Assembly (NCBI RefSeq): GCF_003790525.1
Contig: NZ_CP033635.1
Length of the DNA: 64,000 nt
Origin: Escherichia coli
GTDB lineage: Bacteria > Pseudomonadota > Gammaproteobacteria > Enterobacterales > Enterobacteriaceae
Reading direction: 5' to 3' (one strand)
The position numbers and the translations under genes were made by a program. The notes under the pieces are model-generated. The model saw only the letters and a list, made by a program, of their open reading frames with translations. It had not been told where the DNA came from and made no database searches. Below are positions 41,648-52,978 of this stretch, piece by piece (the stretch's first letter is position 1; every line of letters starts with the position of its first letter).

Positions 41648-42373
41648 ATGCACTTGTCTACACATCCGACCAGCTACCCAACACGCTATCAGGAGATAGC
41701 CGCAAAACTTGAGCAGGAGCTTCGTCAACACTACCGCTGCGGCGACTATCTTCCCGCCGAGCAGCAACTGGCGGCGCGCTTTGAGGTGAACCGCCACACC
41801 CTGCGCCGCGCCATCGACCAACTGGTGGAAAAAGGTTGGGTACAGCGCCGTCAGGGCGTCGGCGTGCTGGTGCTGATGCGCCCGTTCGATTACCCGCTCA
41901 ACGCCCAGGCGCGTTTTAGCCAGAACCTGCTGGACCAAGGCAGCCATCCCACCAGCGAAAAATTGCTATCGGTGCTGCGCCCCGCCTCCGGTCACGTCGC
42001 TGACGCATTGGGGATTACCGAGGGCGAGAACGTTATCCACCTGCGCACCCTGCGTCGGGTCAACGGCGTCGCGCTCTGTTTAATCGACCACTACTTTGCG
42101 GACCTCGCCCTCTGGCCGACGCTGCAACGCTTCGACAGCGGCTCGCTGCACGATTTTCTGCGCGAGCAAACCGGAATTGCGCTGCGCCGCAGCCAGACGC
42201 GGATCAGCGCCCGCCGCGCCCAGGCCAAAGAGTGCCAGCGTCTTGAAATCCCGAATATGTCGCCGCTGCTGTGCGTGCGCACCCTTAACCACCGTGACGG
42301 TGAAAGCAGCCCGGCGGAGTACTCCGTCAGCCTGACGCGCGCCGACATGATTGAATTCACTATGGAGCACTGA
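41648..42373 (+). CDS. phnF: GntR-family repressor of the phn operon
   Basis: 241 aa from MHLSTHPTSY…; N-terminal GntR HTH, UTRA-type C-terminal domain. Confidence 0.93.
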   Translation: MHLSTHPTSYPTRYQEIAAKLEQELRQHYRCGDYLPAEQQLAARFEVNRHTLRRAIDQLVEKGWVQRRQGVGVLVLMRPFDYPLNAQARFSQNLLDQGSHPTSEKLLSVLRPASGHVADALGITEGENVIHLRTLRRVNGVALCLIDHYFADLALWPTLQRFDSGSLHDFLREQTGIALRRSQTRISARRAQAKECQRLEIPNMSPLLCVRTLNHRDGESSPAEYSVSLTRADMIEFTMEH

Positions 42374-42826
42374 ATGCACGCAGATACCGCGACCCGCCAG
42401 CACTGGATGTCCGTACTGGCGCACAGCCAACCGACTGAGCTGGCAGCCCGCCTGAACGCGCTGAACATCACCGCCGACTATGAAGTAATCCGCGCCGCTG
42501 AAACCGGCCTGGTGCAGATTCAGGCGCGGATGGGTGGCACCGGCGAACGCTTTTTTGCTGGCGACGCCACGCTCACCCGCGCCGCCGTACGCCTGACTGA
42601 CGGCACGCTCGGCTACAGCTGGGTGCTGGGGCGCGACAAACAGCACGCCGAACGCTGCGCGCTGATCGACGCGCTGATGCAGCAAACCCGCCATTTTCAA
42701 AACTTATCAGAAACTCTTATTGCCCCGCTGAACGCTGACCGTATGGCACGCATTGCCGCACGCCAGGCCGAAGTAAACGCCAGCCGGGTCGACTTCTTTA
42801 CGATGGTTCGCGGAGATAACGCATGA
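42374..42826 (+). CDS. phnG: C-P lyase core complex subunit
   Basis: 150 aa; conserved operon position. Confidence 0.93.
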   Translation: MHADTATRQHWMSVLAHSQPTELAARLNALNITADYEVIRAAETGLVQIQARMGGTGERFFAGDATLTRAAVRLTDGTLGYSWVLGRDKQHAERCALIDALMQQTRHFQNLSETLIAPLNADRMARIAARQAEVNASRVDFFTMVRGDNA

Positions 42827-43407
42827 CCCTGGAAACCGCTTTTATGCTTCCCGTGCAGGATGCCCAGCACAGTTTTCGTCGCCTGTTAAAGGCCATGAGC
42901 GAGCCGGGCGTGATTGTCGCCCTGCATCAGCTCAAACGCGGCTGGCAGCCGCTGAATATCGCCACCACCAGCGTGCTGCTGACGCTGGCCGATAACGACA
43001 CGCCGGTGTGGCTTTCTGCGCCATTAAGTAACGATATCGTCAGCCAGAGCCTGCGTTTTCATACCAACGCGCCGCTGGTCAATCAGCCGGAACTGGCGAC
43101 CTTCGCGGTAACGGATGAGGCGATTTCCAGCGAACAGCTTAACGCCCTTTCCAGCGGCACCGCTGTTGCGCCAGAAGCGGGCGCGACGCTGATTTTACAG
43201 GTCGTCAGCCTGAGCGGCGGGCGCATGCTGCGCCTTACTGGCGCGGGTATTGCCGAAGAACGAATGATCGCCCCGCAGCTGCCGGAGTGCATTCTGCACG
43301 AACTTACCGAGCGCCCGCACCCGTTCCCGCTCGGCATCGACCTGATCCTGACCTGCGGCGAGCGCCTGCTGGCTATCCCGCGAACCACTCATGTGGAGGT
43401 GTGCTGA
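42823..43407 (+). CDS. phnH: C-P lyase core complex subunit
   Basis: 194 aa; 4-bp overlap with phnG. Confidence 0.93.
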   Translation: MTLETAFMLPVQDAQHSFRRLLKAMSEPGVIVALHQLKRGWQPLNIATTSVLLTLADNDTPVWLSAPLSNDIVSQSLRFHTNAPLVNQPELATFAVTDEAISSEQLNALSSGTAVAPEAGATLILQVVSLSGGRMLRLTGAGIAEERMIAPQLPECILHELTERPHPFPLGIDLILTCGERLLAIPRTTHVEVC

Positions 43408-44471
43408 TGTACGTTGCCGTGAAAGGGGGCGAGAAGGCGATCGACGCCGCCCACGCCCTGCAAGAGAGCCGACGCCGGGGCAATACCGATTTGCCTGAAC
43501 TGAGCGTCGCCCAGATTGAACAGCAGCTTAATCTTGCAGTAGATCGCGTGATGACCGAAGGCGGCATTGCCGACCGCGAACTGGCGGCGCTGGCGCTGAA
43601 ACAGGCCAGCGGCGATAACGTCGAAGCGATTTTCCTGCTACGCGCCTACCGCACCACGCTGGCGAAGCTTGCGGTGAGCGAGCCGCTCGACACCACGGAG
43701 ATGCGTCTCGAACGGCGTATTTCAGCGGTTTATAAAGATATTCCCGGCGGCCAGCTGCTTGGCCCAACCTACGACTACACCCATCGCCTGCTCGATTTCA
43801 CCCTGCTGGCAAACGGCGAAGCGCCGACGCTGACCACAGCCGACAGCGAACAACAGCCGTCGCCGCACGTTTTCAGCCTGCTGGCGCGTCAGGGGCTGGC
43901 GAAGTTTGAAGAAGATAGCGGCGCACAGCCGGACGACATCACCCGCACGCCGCCGGTTTACCCCTGCTCACGCTCCTCCCGCCTGCAACAATTAATGCGC
44001 GGCGACGAAGGCTATTTGCTGGCGCTGGCCTACTCCACCCAGCGTGGTTACGGACGCAATCATCCGTTCGCAGGCGAAATCCGCAGCGGCTATATCGACG
44101 TGTCGATTGTGCCGGAAGAGCTGGGATTTGCGGTGAACGTCGGCGAACTGCTGATGACCGAATGTGAAATGGTCAACGGTTTTATCGACCCGCCGGATGA
44201 GCCGCCGCACTTCACGCGCGGCTACGGGCTGGTGTTCGGCATGAGCGAGCGCAAAGCGATGGCGATGGCGCTGGTTGACCGCGCTCTACAAGCCCCGGAG
44301 TACGGCGAGCACGCGACAGGCCCGGCGCAGGATGAAGAGTTCGTGCTGGCGCATGCCGACAACGTCGAAGCCGCAGGCTTTGTCTCGCACCTTAAACTCC
44401 CGCACTACGTCGATTTCCAGGCCGAACTGGAGCTACTCAAACGTCTGCAACAGGAGCGGAACCATGGCTAA
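43407..44471 (+). CDS. phnI: C-P lyase subunit PhnI (ribose 1-methylphosphonate 5-triphosphate synthase component)
   Basis: 354 aa from [13 protein letters not shown]…; start overlaps the phnH stop (TGATG). Confidence 0.93.
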   Translation: MYVAVKGGEKAIDAAHALQESRRRGNTDLPELSVAQIEQQLNLAVDRVMTEGGIADRELAALALKQASGDNVEAIFLLRAYRTTLAKLAVSEPLDTTEMRLERRISAVYKDIPGGQLLGPTYDYTHRLLDFTLLANGEAPTLTTADSEQQPSPHVFSLLARQGLAKFEEDSGAQPDDITRTPPVYPCSRSSRLQQLMRGDEGYLLALAYSTQRGYGRNHPFAGEIRSGYIDVSIVPEELGFAVNVGELLMTECEMVNGFIDPPDEPPHFTRGYGLVFGMSERKAMAMALVDRALQAPEYGEHATGPAQDEEFVLAHADNVEAAGFVSHLKLPHYVDFQAELELLKRLQQERNHG

Positions 44472-45309
44472 TCTGAGCGGCTACAACTTTGCCTACCTCG
44501 ACGAGCAGACCAAACGCATGATCCGCCGCGCCATCTTAAAAGCGGTGGCGATCCCCGGTTATCAGGTGCCGTTTGGCGGGCGCGAGATGCCGATGCCGTA
44601 CGGCTGGGGAACTGGTGGTATCCAGCTTACCGCCAGCGTGATTGGCGAAAGCGACGTGTTGAAGGTGATTGACCAGGGTGCGGATGACACCACCAACGCG
44701 GTGTCGATCCGTAACTTCTTTAAGCGCGTGACCGGGGTAAACACCACTGAACGTACGGACGATGCGACGCTTATCCAGACGCGCCACCGCATCCCCGAAA
44801 CGCCGCTGACCGAAGATCAGATCATTATTTTCCAGGTGCCGATCCCCGAACCGCTGCGCTTTATCGAGCCGCGCGAAACGGAGACCCGCACCATGCACGC
44901 GCTGGAGGAGTACGGCGTGATGCAGGTGAAACTGTATGAAGATATCGCCCGCTTCGGTCATATCGCCACCACCTACGCCTATCCGGTGAAGGTAAACGGG
45001 CGCTACGTAATGGACCCGTCGCCGATCCCGAAATTCGATAACCCAAAAATGGACATGATGCCCGCCCTGCAACTGTTCGGCGCGGGGCGCGAGAAGCGCA
45101 TCTATGCGGTGCCGCCGTTTACCCGCGTGGAAAGCCTCGATTTCGACGATCACCCGTTCACCGTTCAGCAGTGGAATGAGCCATGCGCCATCTGCGGATC
45201 GACCCACAGCTATCTCGACGAAGTGGTACTGGATGACGCCGGAAACCGCATGTTTGTCTGCTCCGATACCAATTATTGCCGCCAACAGAGCGAGGCAAAA
45301 AACCAATGA
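44464..45309 (+). CDS. phnJ: C-P lyase catalytic subunit PhnJ (radical SAM-like, Cys cluster)
   Basis: 281 aa from MANLSGYNFAYLDEQTKRMIRRAILKAVAIPGYQ…; C-terminal CxxCGS…C…C motif. Confidence 0.93.
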   Translation: MANLSGYNFAYLDEQTKRMIRRAILKAVAIPGYQVPFGGREMPMPYGWGTGGIQLTASVIGESDVLKVIDQGADDTTNAVSIRNFFKRVTGVNTTERTDDATLIQTRHRIPETPLTEDQIIIFQVPIPEPLRFIEPRETETRTMHALEEYGVMQVKLYEDIARFGHIATTYAYPVKVNGRYVMDPSPIPKFDNPKMDMMPALQLFGAGREKRIYAVPPFTRVESLDFDDHPFTVQQWNEPCAICGSTHSYLDEVVLDDAGNRMFVCSDTNYCRQQSEAKNQ

Positions 45310-46064
45310 ATCAACCGTTACTTTCGGTCAATAACCTGACCCACCTTTACGCGCCGGGCAAAGGCTTTAGCGATGTCTCTTTTGATTTATGGCCGGGGGA
45401 AGTGCTGGGCATCGTCGGGGAATCCGGCTCCGGGAAGACCACGCTGCTGAAGTCGATCTCCGCGCGCCTGACGCCGCAGCAGGGGGAGATTCGCTATGAA
45501 AACCGCTCCCTCTATGGCATGAGCGAAGCCGACCGCCGCCGTTTACTGCGCACCGAATGGGGCGTGGTACATCAGCATCCGCTCGACGGCCTGCGCCGCC
45601 AGGTATCGGCAGGCGGCAATATCGGCGAGCGGCTGATGGCGACCGGGGCGCGTCATTACGGCGACATCCGCGCCACCGCGCAGAAGTGGCTGGAAGAGGT
45701 GGAGATTCCCGCTAACCGGATCGACGACCTGCCGACCACCTTTTCCGGCGGCATGCAGCAGCGTTTGCAGATTGCCCGCAACCTGGTGACGCATCCGAAG
45801 CTGGTGTTTATGGACGAGCCAACCGGCGGGCTGGATGTGTCGGTGCAGGCGCGCCTGCTCGACCTGCTGCGCGGCCTGGTGGTGGAGCTGAACCTGGCGG
45901 TGGTGATTGTCACCCACGATTTAGGCGTCGCCCGCCTGCTGGCGGACCGTTTGCTGGTGATGAAGCAGGGGCAGGTGGTGGAGAGTGGGTTAACCGACCG
46001 CGTGCTCGACGACCCGCATCATCCGTATACCCAGCTGCTGGTGTCATCGGTTTTGCAGAATTGA
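45306..46064 (+). CDS. phnK: C-P lyase-associated ABC-type ATPase
   Basis: 252 aa; Walker [10 protein letters not shown]. Confidence 0.93.
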   Translation: MNQPLLSVNNLTHLYAPGKGFSDVSFDLWPGEVLGIVGESGSGKTTLLKSISARLTPQQGEIRYENRSLYGMSEADRRRLLRTEWGVVHQHPLDGLRRQVSAGGNIGERLMATGARHYGDIRATAQKWLEEVEIPANRIDDLPTTFSGGMQQRLQIARNLVTHPKLVFMDEPTGGLDVSVQARLLDLLRGLVVELNLAVVIVTHDLGVARLLADRLLVMKQGQVVESGLTDRVLDDPHHPYTQLLVSSVLQN

Positions 46065-46070
46065 GCCGGT

Positions 46071-46154
46071 GCCGGATGCGGCGTAAACGCCTTATCTGGC
46101 CTACAAATGCGCTCCCCGTAGGTCGGATAAGACGCGTCAGCGTCGCATCCGACA
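46071..46154. repeat. BIME (two REP elements) inside the phn operon, between phnK and phnL
   Basis: gccggatgcggcgtaaacgccttatctggcctaca and gtaggtcggataagacgcgtcagcgtcgcatccgac. Confidence 0.8.
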
Positions 46155-46174
46155 CCCGAACCACGAGGCGAAAA

Positions 46175-46855
46175 ATGATTAACGTACAAAACGTCAGTAA
46201 AACCTTCATCCTGCATCAGCAAAACGGCGTACGCCTGCCCGTCTTACAACGTGCCTCGCTCACCGTCAACGCAGGCGAATGCGTGGTGCTCCACGGTCAC
46301 TCCGGCAGCGGCAAATCAACCCTGCTGCGCTCGCTGTACGCCAACTATCTACCCGACGAAGGTCAAATCCAGATCAAACACGGTGACGAGTGGGTAGACC
46401 TGGTCACCGCGCCAGCGCGCAAAGTGGTGGAAATCCGCAAAACCACCGTCGGCTGGGTGAGCCAGTTTCTGCGCGTCATCCCGCGTATCTCAGCACTGGA
46501 AGTGGTGATGCAGCCGCTGCTCGATACCGGCGTTCCGCGTGAAGCCTGCGCCGCTAAAGCCGCGCGTCTTCTCACCCGCCTGAACGTGCCGGAACGCCTG
46601 TGGCACCTGGCACCATCGACATTTTCCGGTGGCGAACAGCAGCGCGTCAACATCGCCCGCGGCTTTATCGTCGACTACCCCATTCTGCTGCTTGACGAAC
46701 CTACCGCCTCGCTGGACGCCAAAAACAGCGCCGCGGTGGTGGAACTGATTCGCGAAGCCAAAACCCGTGGCGCAGCCATCGTAGGCATCTTCCATGACGA
46801 AGCTGTACGTAATGACGTCGCCGACCGCCTGCACCCAATGGGAGCCTCTTCATGA
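46175..46855 (+). CDS. phnL: C-P lyase-associated ABC-type ATPase
   Basis: 226 aa from [11 protein letters not shown]…; Walker [10 protein letters not shown]. Confidence 0.93.
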   Translation: MINVQNVSKTFILHQQNGVRLPVLQRASLTVNAGECVVLHGHSGSGKSTLLRSLYANYLPDEGQIQIKHGDEWVDLVTAPARKVVEIRKTTVGWVSQFLRVIPRISALEVVMQPLLDTGVPREACAAKAARLLTRLNVPERLWHLAPSTFSGGEQQRVNIARGFIVDYPILLLDEPTASLDAKNSAAVVELIREAKTRGAAIVGIFHDEAVRNDVADRLHPMGASS

Positions 46856-47988
46856 TTATCAATAACGTTAAGCTGGTGCTGGAAAACGAGGTGGTGCACG
46901 GTTCGCTGGAGGTGCAGGATGGCGAAATCCGCGCCTTTGCCGAAAGCCAGAGCCGCCTGCCAGAAGCGATGGATGGCGAAGGCGGCTGGCTGCTGCCGGG
47001 GCTGATTGAGCTGCATACCGATAATCTGGATAAATTCTTCACCCCGCGCCCGAAGGTTGACTGGCCCGCCCACTCGGCGATGAGTAGCCACGACGCGCTG
47101 ATGGTGGCGAGCGGCATCACCACCGTGCTGGACGCGGTGGCGATTGGCGACGTGCGCGACGGCGGCGATCGGCTGGAGAATCTGGAGAAGATGATCAACG
47201 CCATCGAAGAGACGCAGAAACGCGGCGTCAACCGCGCCGAGCACCGTCTGCATCTGCGCTGCGAACTGCCGCATCACACCACGCTGCCGCTGTTTGAAAA
47301 ACTGGTGCAGCGCGAACCGGTGACGCTGGTGTCGCTGATGGATCACTCGCCGGGCCAGCGCCAGTTCGCCAATCGCGAGAAGTATCGCGAATATTATCAG
47401 GGCAAATATTCCCTCACCGATGCGCAGATGCAGCAGTACGAAGAGGAACAGCTGGCGCTTGCCGCACGCTGGTCACAGCCTAATCGCGAAACTATCGCCG
47501 CAATGTGCCGCGCGCGACACATTGCCCTCGCCAGCCACGATGACGCCACGCACGCCCACGTTGCCGAATCCCACCAGCTTGGCAGCGTGATCGCCGAATT
47601 TCCCACCACGTTCGAAGCGGCAGAAGCCTCGCGCAAGCATGGCATGAACGTGCTGATGGGCGCGCCGAATATCGTGCGCGGCGGTTCGCACTCCGGCAAC
47701 GTGGCGGCCAGTGAACTGGCGCAGCTTGGCCTGCTGGATATCCTCTCTTCCGACTACTACCCCGCCAGCCTGCTCGATGCGGCATTTCGCGTCGCCGATG
47801 ACGAGAGCAACCGCTTTACGCTGCCGCAGGCGGTGAAGCTGGTGACTAAAAATCCGGCGCAGGCGCTTAATCTTCAGGATCGCGGGGTGATTGGCGAGGG
47901 CAAACGCGCCGACCTGGTGCTGGCGCATCGCAAGGGCAACCACATTCATATCGACCACGTCTGGCGTCAGGGTAAAAGGGTGTTCTGA
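46852..47988 (+). CDS. phnM: Amidohydrolase-family RPnTP diphosphatase
   Basis: 378 aa; metal-dependent hydrolase fold (HTD motif). Confidence 0.93.
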   Translation: MIINNVKLVLENEVVHGSLEVQDGEIRAFAESQSRLPEAMDGEGGWLLPGLIELHTDNLDKFFTPRPKVDWPAHSAMSSHDALMVASGITTVLDAVAIGDVRDGGDRLENLEKMINAIEETQKRGVNRAEHRLHLRCELPHHTTLPLFEKLVQREPVTLVSLMDHSPGQRQFANREKYREYYQGKYSLTDAQMQQYEEEQLALAARWSQPNRETIAAMCRARHIALASHDDATHAHVAESHQLGSVIAEFPTTFEAAEASRKHGMNVLMGAPNIVRGGSHSGNVAASELAQLGLLDILSSDYYPASLLDAAFRVADDESNRFTLPQAVKLVTKNPAQALNLQDRGVIGEGKRADLVLAHRKGNHIHIDHVWRQGKRVF

Positions 47989-48545
47989 TGACGGGAAAAC
48001 TGATTTGGTTAATGGGGGCCTCTGGCTCCGGAAAAGACAGTCTGTTGACGGAACTCCGCCAGCGGGAACAAACTCAGCTACTGGTAGCGCATCGCTACAT
48101 CACGCGCGCCGCCAGCGCCGGAAGTGAAAACCATATCGCCCTGAGCGAGCAGGAGTTTTTTACCCGCGCGGGGCAGAACCTTCTGGCCTTAAGCTGGCAC
48201 GCTAACGGTCTGTATTATGGCGTCGGCGTCGAGATTGACCTCTGGCTGCACGCTGGATTTGACGTGGTGGTCAACGGCTCACGCGCCCATCTGCCGCAGG
48301 CGCGGGCGCGCTATCAATCGGCGCTGCTGCCCGTTTGTTTACAGGTTTCGCCAGAGATCCTGCGCCAGCGCCTGGAAAACCGTGGTCGTGAAAATGCCAG
48401 TGAAATTAACGCCCGGCTGGCGCGCGCTGCCCGCTATACTCCTCAGGATTGTCTTACGCTCAATAATGACGGCAGCCTGCGCCAGTCGGTCGACAAGCTG
48501 CTGACGCTGATTCATCAGAAGGAGAAACACCATGCCTGCTTGTGA
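47988..48545 (+). CDS. phnN: Ribose 1,5-bisphosphate phosphokinase
   Basis: 185 aa; P-loop GASGSGKDS. Confidence 0.93.
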
Positions 48546-48966
48546 GCTTCGCCCGGCTACGCAGTACGACACCGACGCAGTTTACGCGCTGATTTGTGAG
48601 CTAAAACAGGCGGAGTTTGACCACCACGCGTTTCGCGTGGGGTTTAACGCCAATCTGCGCGATCCGAACATGCGCTACCATCTGGCGCTGCTGGATGGCG
48701 AAGTTGTCGGCATGATCGGCCTGCATTTGCAGTTTCATCTGCATCATGTCAACTGGATCGGCGAAATTCAGGAACTGGTGGTGATGCCGCAGGCGCGCGG
48801 TCTGAATGTCGGCAGCAAATTACTGGCATGGGCAGAAGAAGAAGCCCGCCAGGCCGGGGCCGAAATGACTGAGCTTTCCACCAACGTGAAGCGCCACGAC
48901 GCGCACCGTTTCTATCTGCGCGAAGGCTACGAGCAGAGCCACTTCCGCTTCACCAAGGCGCTGTAA
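48532..48966 (+). CDS. phnO: Aminoalkylphosphonate N-acetyltransferase (GNAT)
   Basis: 144 aa; 14-bp overlap with phnN. Confidence 0.93.
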
Positions 48967-48967
48967 C

Positions 48968-49726
48968 ATGAGCCTGACCCTCACGCTCACCGGCACCGGC
49001 GGCGCACAGGGCGTTCCGGCATGGGGCTGCGAGTGCGCGGCCTGCGCCAGAGCACGACGCTCGCCGCAGTATCGCCGCCAGCCATGCAGCGGCGTAGTAA
49101 AGTTTAACGACGCAATCACCCTGATCGACGCCGGGCTGCACGATCTCGCCGATCGCTGGTCGCCAGGATCGTTCCAGCAGTTTTTGCTGACGCATTATCA
49201 TATGGATCACGTCCAGGGGCTGTTTCCGCTGCGCTGGGGCGTGGGCGATCAGATCCCGGTCTACGGCCCGCCGGATGAACAGGGCTGCGACGATCTGTTT
49301 AAACATCCGGGCCTGCTTGATTTCAGCCACACGATGGAACCGTTTGTGGTGTTTGATTTACAAGGGTTACAGGTCACGCCCCTGCCGCTCAACCACTCAA
49401 AACTGACCTTCGGTTATCTGCTGGAAACGGCACACAGCCGGGTGGCGTGGCTGTCTGACACCGCTGGCTTGCCGGAAAAAACGCTGAAATTTTTACGCAA
49501 TAATCAGCCGCAGGTAATGGTGATTGATTGCAGCCACCCGCCGCGCGAGGATGCACCGCGTAATCACTGTGATTTAAATACCGTGCTTGCGCTGAATCAG
49601 GTTATCCGCTCGCCACGGGTGATTCTGACCCATATCAACCACCAGTTTGATGCGTGGCTGATGGAAAACGCACTGCCGTCGGGGTTTGAGGCGGGGTTTG
49701 ATGGGATGGAGATTGGGGTGGCGTGA
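48968..49726 (+). CDS. phnP: Metallo-beta-lactamase-fold phosphodiesterase
   Basis: 252 aa; HxHxDH motif ([10 protein letters not shown]). Confidence 0.93.
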   Translation: MSLTLTLTGTGGAQGVPAWGCECAACARARRSPQYRRQPCSGVVKFNDAITLIDAGLHDLADRWSPGSFQQFLLTHYHMDHVQGLFPLRWGVGDQIPVYGPPDEQGCDDLFKHPGLLDFSHTMEPFVVFDLQGLQVTPLPLNHSKLTFGYLLETAHSRVAWLSDTAGLPEKTLKFLRNNQPQVMVIDCSHPPREDAPRNHCDLNTVLALNQVIRSPRVILTHINHQFDAWLMENALPSGFEAGFDGMEIGVA

Positions 49727-49760
49727 TGGGTGAGGGGCGATGCCTGCTCTAAACTCAACA

Positions 49761-50090
49761 TCAACGCCCATACTCATCTTCCATTCTCCGCTCTTCATCT
49801 TCTAGCTGCCGACGCTCCTGATCCAGCTGGCGCTGGCGATCGTCCAGCTGCCTGCGGCGATCTTCAAACTGGCGGCGGCGATCGTCATATTGTCTGCGCC
49901 GATCGTCGTTCACTTCACGCTGCCAGCCGTCGTCGCGCGAATCTTCATAGTCTCGCCCACGGTCAGGGTTATAAGCGGCGTTAATCGCCTGCTGAATATT
50001 GCCAATGGTGTCATCGATAATATCGGCCTGGGCCGGAACGGTGGACAGCGTGAACAGGGTGAATAAAAGAAATAGCGGAAAGCGTTTCAT
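49761..50090 (-). CDS. yjdP: Secreted low-complexity protein with RRRQ-type repeats
   Basis: 109 aa; N-terminal signal peptide (MKRFPLFLLFTLFTLSTVPAQA) followed by repeated DDRRRQ(Y/F/L)(D/E) units. Confidence 0.85.
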   Translation of the reverse strand: MKRFPLFLLFTLFTLSTVPAQADIIDDTIGNIQQAINAAYNPDRGRDYEDSRDDGWQREVNDDRRRQYDDRRRQFEDRRRQLDDRQRQLDQERRQLEDEERRMEDEYGR

Positions 50091-50158
50091 TAGCCAACCT
50101 CAAAAAGAAACTCTATCCACATTAGTCATTACTCATCCATGCAAGTAGTGGATGAATC

Positions 50159-50608
50159 TCAATTTCTCCGCTGCTCTATTGCCGTAATCGCCTCCACGCG
50201 TTGTTGATGACGACCGCCTTCGTACTGTGCGCCCAGCCACGCATCGACAATCATTTTTGCCAGTTCGAGGCCAACCACTCGTGAACCAAAAGCCAGCACG
50301 TTGGTATCGTTATGCTGCCGCGAAAGTTGCGCGGAATAAGGTTCGCTACAAACGACGGCGCGAATTCCGGCAAACTTGTTCGCCGCTATCGAAATACCGA
50401 CGCCAGTGCCACAAATCAAAATCCCGCCATCAGCCTCTCCGCCAGCAACGACCAGTGCGACTTGACTGGCGTAATGCGGATAATCAGTACGCTCTGACGA
50501 CCAGGTTCCTTTATCAATCACTTCAACGCCACGCTCAACTAAATGTGCCACTATTTCATGTTTTAAAATGAAACCGACATGATCACAGCCAAATGCAATC
50601 TTTTTCAT
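50159..50608 (-). CDS. rpiB: Ribose-5-phosphate / allose-6-phosphate isomerase B
   Basis: 149 aa; RpiB/LacAB fold (GCDHVG…CGTGVG). Confidence 0.95.
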   Translation of the reverse strand: MKKIAFGCDHVGFILKHEIVAHLVERGVEVIDKGTWSSERTDYPHYASQVALVVAGGEADGGILICGTGVGISIAANKFAGIRAVVCSEPYSAQLSRQHNDTNVLAFGSRVVGLELAKMIVDAWLGAQYEGGRHQQRVEAITAIEQRRN

Positions 50609-50966
50609 TCATCTTCCCCGCCCGCGCAAAACTTCACAATCAAAAAACATTTGTGATGTAAATGAATTAAAAACACCCAAAATCGATGAAACCCGCCTTC
50701 CCTATCTGTTTTACAGAGTTACATCTGGCAGCGCAATAGCGTTAAAGACACTCACTATCCAGCAACATCTATCATCCAATAAACCAGAAAAACAAATAAC
50801 ATCATGTTTTTAAAGTGATTAAATGAAATGAAATTTTAAGCCACTCTCCATTATTCACAACAAAACAAACTTTATAAATTTTATTTTTTTGTGAAGTTGC
50901 CAGCATCTTTTCTGTTCTTGCTGTGGTGATATAGTGGCGTCTTCAATTCAAGGACAAGAGAACGTG

Positions 50967-51857
50967 ATGAGCCAGTCAGAGTTTGATTCAGCGCTTCCGA
51001 ACGGTATCGGGTTAGCGCCTTACCTGCGAATGAAGCAGGAAGGAATGACAGAAAACGAAAGCCGCATCGTGGAGTGGTTACTCAAACCCGGTAACCTGAG
51101 TTGTGCACCCGCAATTAAAGATGTCGCAGAAGCTCTGGCGGTATCTGAAGCGATGATCGTTAAGGTATCAAAGCTGCTGGGGTTTAGCGGCTTTCGTAAC
51201 TTACGCAGTGCGCTGGAAGATTATTTTTCTCAGTCAGAACAAGTATTGCCTTCCGAGTTGGCTTTTGATGAAGCGCCGCAGGATGTGGTGAATAAGGTAT
51301 TTAACATCACTTTACGCACCATTATGGAAGGTCAGTCGATCGTCAACGTTGATGAGATCCACCGTGCCGCCCGCTTTTTCTATCAGGCCAGACAGCGGGA
51401 TTTGTACGGTGCCGGAGGATCAAATGCTATCTGTGCTGATGTACAGCACAAGTTTTTACGCATTGGCGTACGCTGCCAGGCCTATCCGGACGCTCACATC
51501 ATGATGATGTCTGCTTCGTTGTTACAGGAAGGAGATGTGGTGCTGGTGGTGACCCATTCCGGGCGAACCAGTGATGTAAAAGCGGCTGTAGAACTGGCAA
51601 AAAAGAACGGGGCAAAGATTATTTGTATAACGCATAGCTACCATTCACCGATAGCGAAGCTGGCCGATTATATTATTTGCTCACCGGCCCCGGAAACACC
51701 GTTATTAGGTCGTAATGCCTCGGCAAGAATATTACAACTAACTTTGCTGGACGCGTTTTTTGTCTCTGTCGCCCAGCTCAACATTGAACAAGCTAATATT
51801 AATATGCAAAAAACCGGCGCAATTGTTGATTTCTTCTCACCAGGCGCGCTGAAATAA
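50967..51857 (+). CDS. rpiR: RpiR/AlsR transcriptional repressor (HTH plus SIS domain)
   Basis: 296 aa from MSQSEFDSALPNGIG…; divergent from rpiB, upstream of the als genes. Confidence 0.92.
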   Translation: MSQSEFDSALPNGIGLAPYLRMKQEGMTENESRIVEWLLKPGNLSCAPAIKDVAEALAVSEAMIVKVSKLLGFSGFRNLRSALEDYFSQSEQVLPSELAFDEAPQDVVNKVFNITLRTIMEGQSIVNVDEIHRAARFFYQARQRDLYGAGGSNAICADVQHKFLRIGVRCQAYPDAHIMMMSASLLQEGDVVLVVTHSGRTSDVKAAVELAKKNGAKIICITHSYHSPIAKLADYIICSPAPETPLLGRNASARILQLTLLDAFFVSVAQLNIEQANINMQKTGAIVDFFSPGALK

Positions 51858-51915
51858 GAAAAAGGTAATTCCGCCATCGCGGAGTTACCTCTCCCCTTAC
51901 CGTGAGAACATGATT

Positions 51916-52851
51916 ATGAATAAATATCTGAAATATTTCAGTGGCACACTCGTGGGCTTAATGTTGTCAACCAGCGCTTTTGCTGCCGCCGAATATGCTG
52001 TCGTATTGAAAACACTCTCCAACCCATTTTGGGTAGATATGAAAAAAGGCATTGAAGATGAAGCAAAAACGCTGGGCGTCAGCGTTGATATTTTTGCCTC
52101 TCCTTCAGAAGGCGATTTTCAATCTCAATTGCAGTTATTTGAAGATCTCAGTAATAAAAATTACAAAGGTATCGCCTTCGCGCCATTATCCTCAGTAAAT
52201 CTGGTCATGCCTGTCGCCCGCGCATGGAAAAAAGGCATTTATCTGGTCAATCTCGATGAAAAAATCGACATGGATAATCTGAAAAAAGCTGGCGGTAATG
52301 TGGAAGGTTTTGTCACCACCGATAATGTTGCCGTCGGGGCGAAAGGCGCGTCATTCATTATTGACAAGCTGGGTGCCGAAGGGGGTGAAGTCGCAATCAT
52401 TGAGGGTAAAGCCGGTAACGCCTCCGGTGAAGCGCGTCGTAATGGTGCCACCGAAGCCTTCAAAAAAGCAAGCCAGATCAAGCTTGTCGCCAGCCAGCCT
52501 GCCGACTGGGACCGTATTAAAGCACTGGATGTCGCCACTAACGTGTTGCAACGTAATCCGAATATTAAAGCGATCTATTGCGCGAATGACACGATGGCAA
52601 TGGGTGTTGCTCAGGCAGTCGCAAACGCCGGAAAAACGGGCAAAGTGTTGGTCGTCGGTACTGACGGCATTCCGGAAGCCCGCAAAATGGTGGAAACCGG
52701 ACAAATGACCGCGACGGTTGCCCAGAACCCGGCGGATATCGGTGCAACGGGTCTGAAGCTGATGGTTGACGCTGAGAAATCCGGCAAGGTTATCCCGCTG
52801 GATAAAGCACCGGAATTTAAACTGGTCGATTCAATCCTGGTCACTCAATAA
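51916..52851 (+). CDS. alsB: D-allose ABC transporter periplasmic binding protein
   Basis: 311 aa from MNKYLKYFSG… with signal peptide. Confidence 0.95.
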   Translation: MNKYLKYFSGTLVGLMLSTSAFAAAEYAVVLKTLSNPFWVDMKKGIEDEAKTLGVSVDIFASPSEGDFQSQLQLFEDLSNKNYKGIAFAPLSSVNLVMPVARAWKKGIYLVNLDEKIDMDNLKKAGGNVEGFVTTDNVAVGAKGASFIIDKLGAEGGEVAIIEGKAGNASGEARRNGATEAFKKASQIKLVASQPADWDRIKALDVATNVLQRNPNIKAIYCANDTMAMGVAQAVANAGKTGKVLVVGTDGIPEARKMVETGQMTATVAQNPADIGATGLKLMVDAEKSGKVIPLDKAPEFKLVDSILVTQ

Positions 52852-52860
52852 AACTGAATG

Positions 52861-52945
52861 ATGCCGGATGGTGATGCTAATGAAGTGTCTTATCCGGCCA
52901 ACAAAATAACCTGAACGTAGACCTGATAAACGTAGCCCATCAGGC
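52861..52945. repeat. BIME (two REP-like palindromes) between alsB and alsA
   Basis: atgccggatggtgatg…cttatccggcc and gacctgataaacgtagcccatcaggc. Confidence 0.7.
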
Positions 52946-52978
52946 AATAATACGATATTTCGTGCAGAGAGGTTATTT

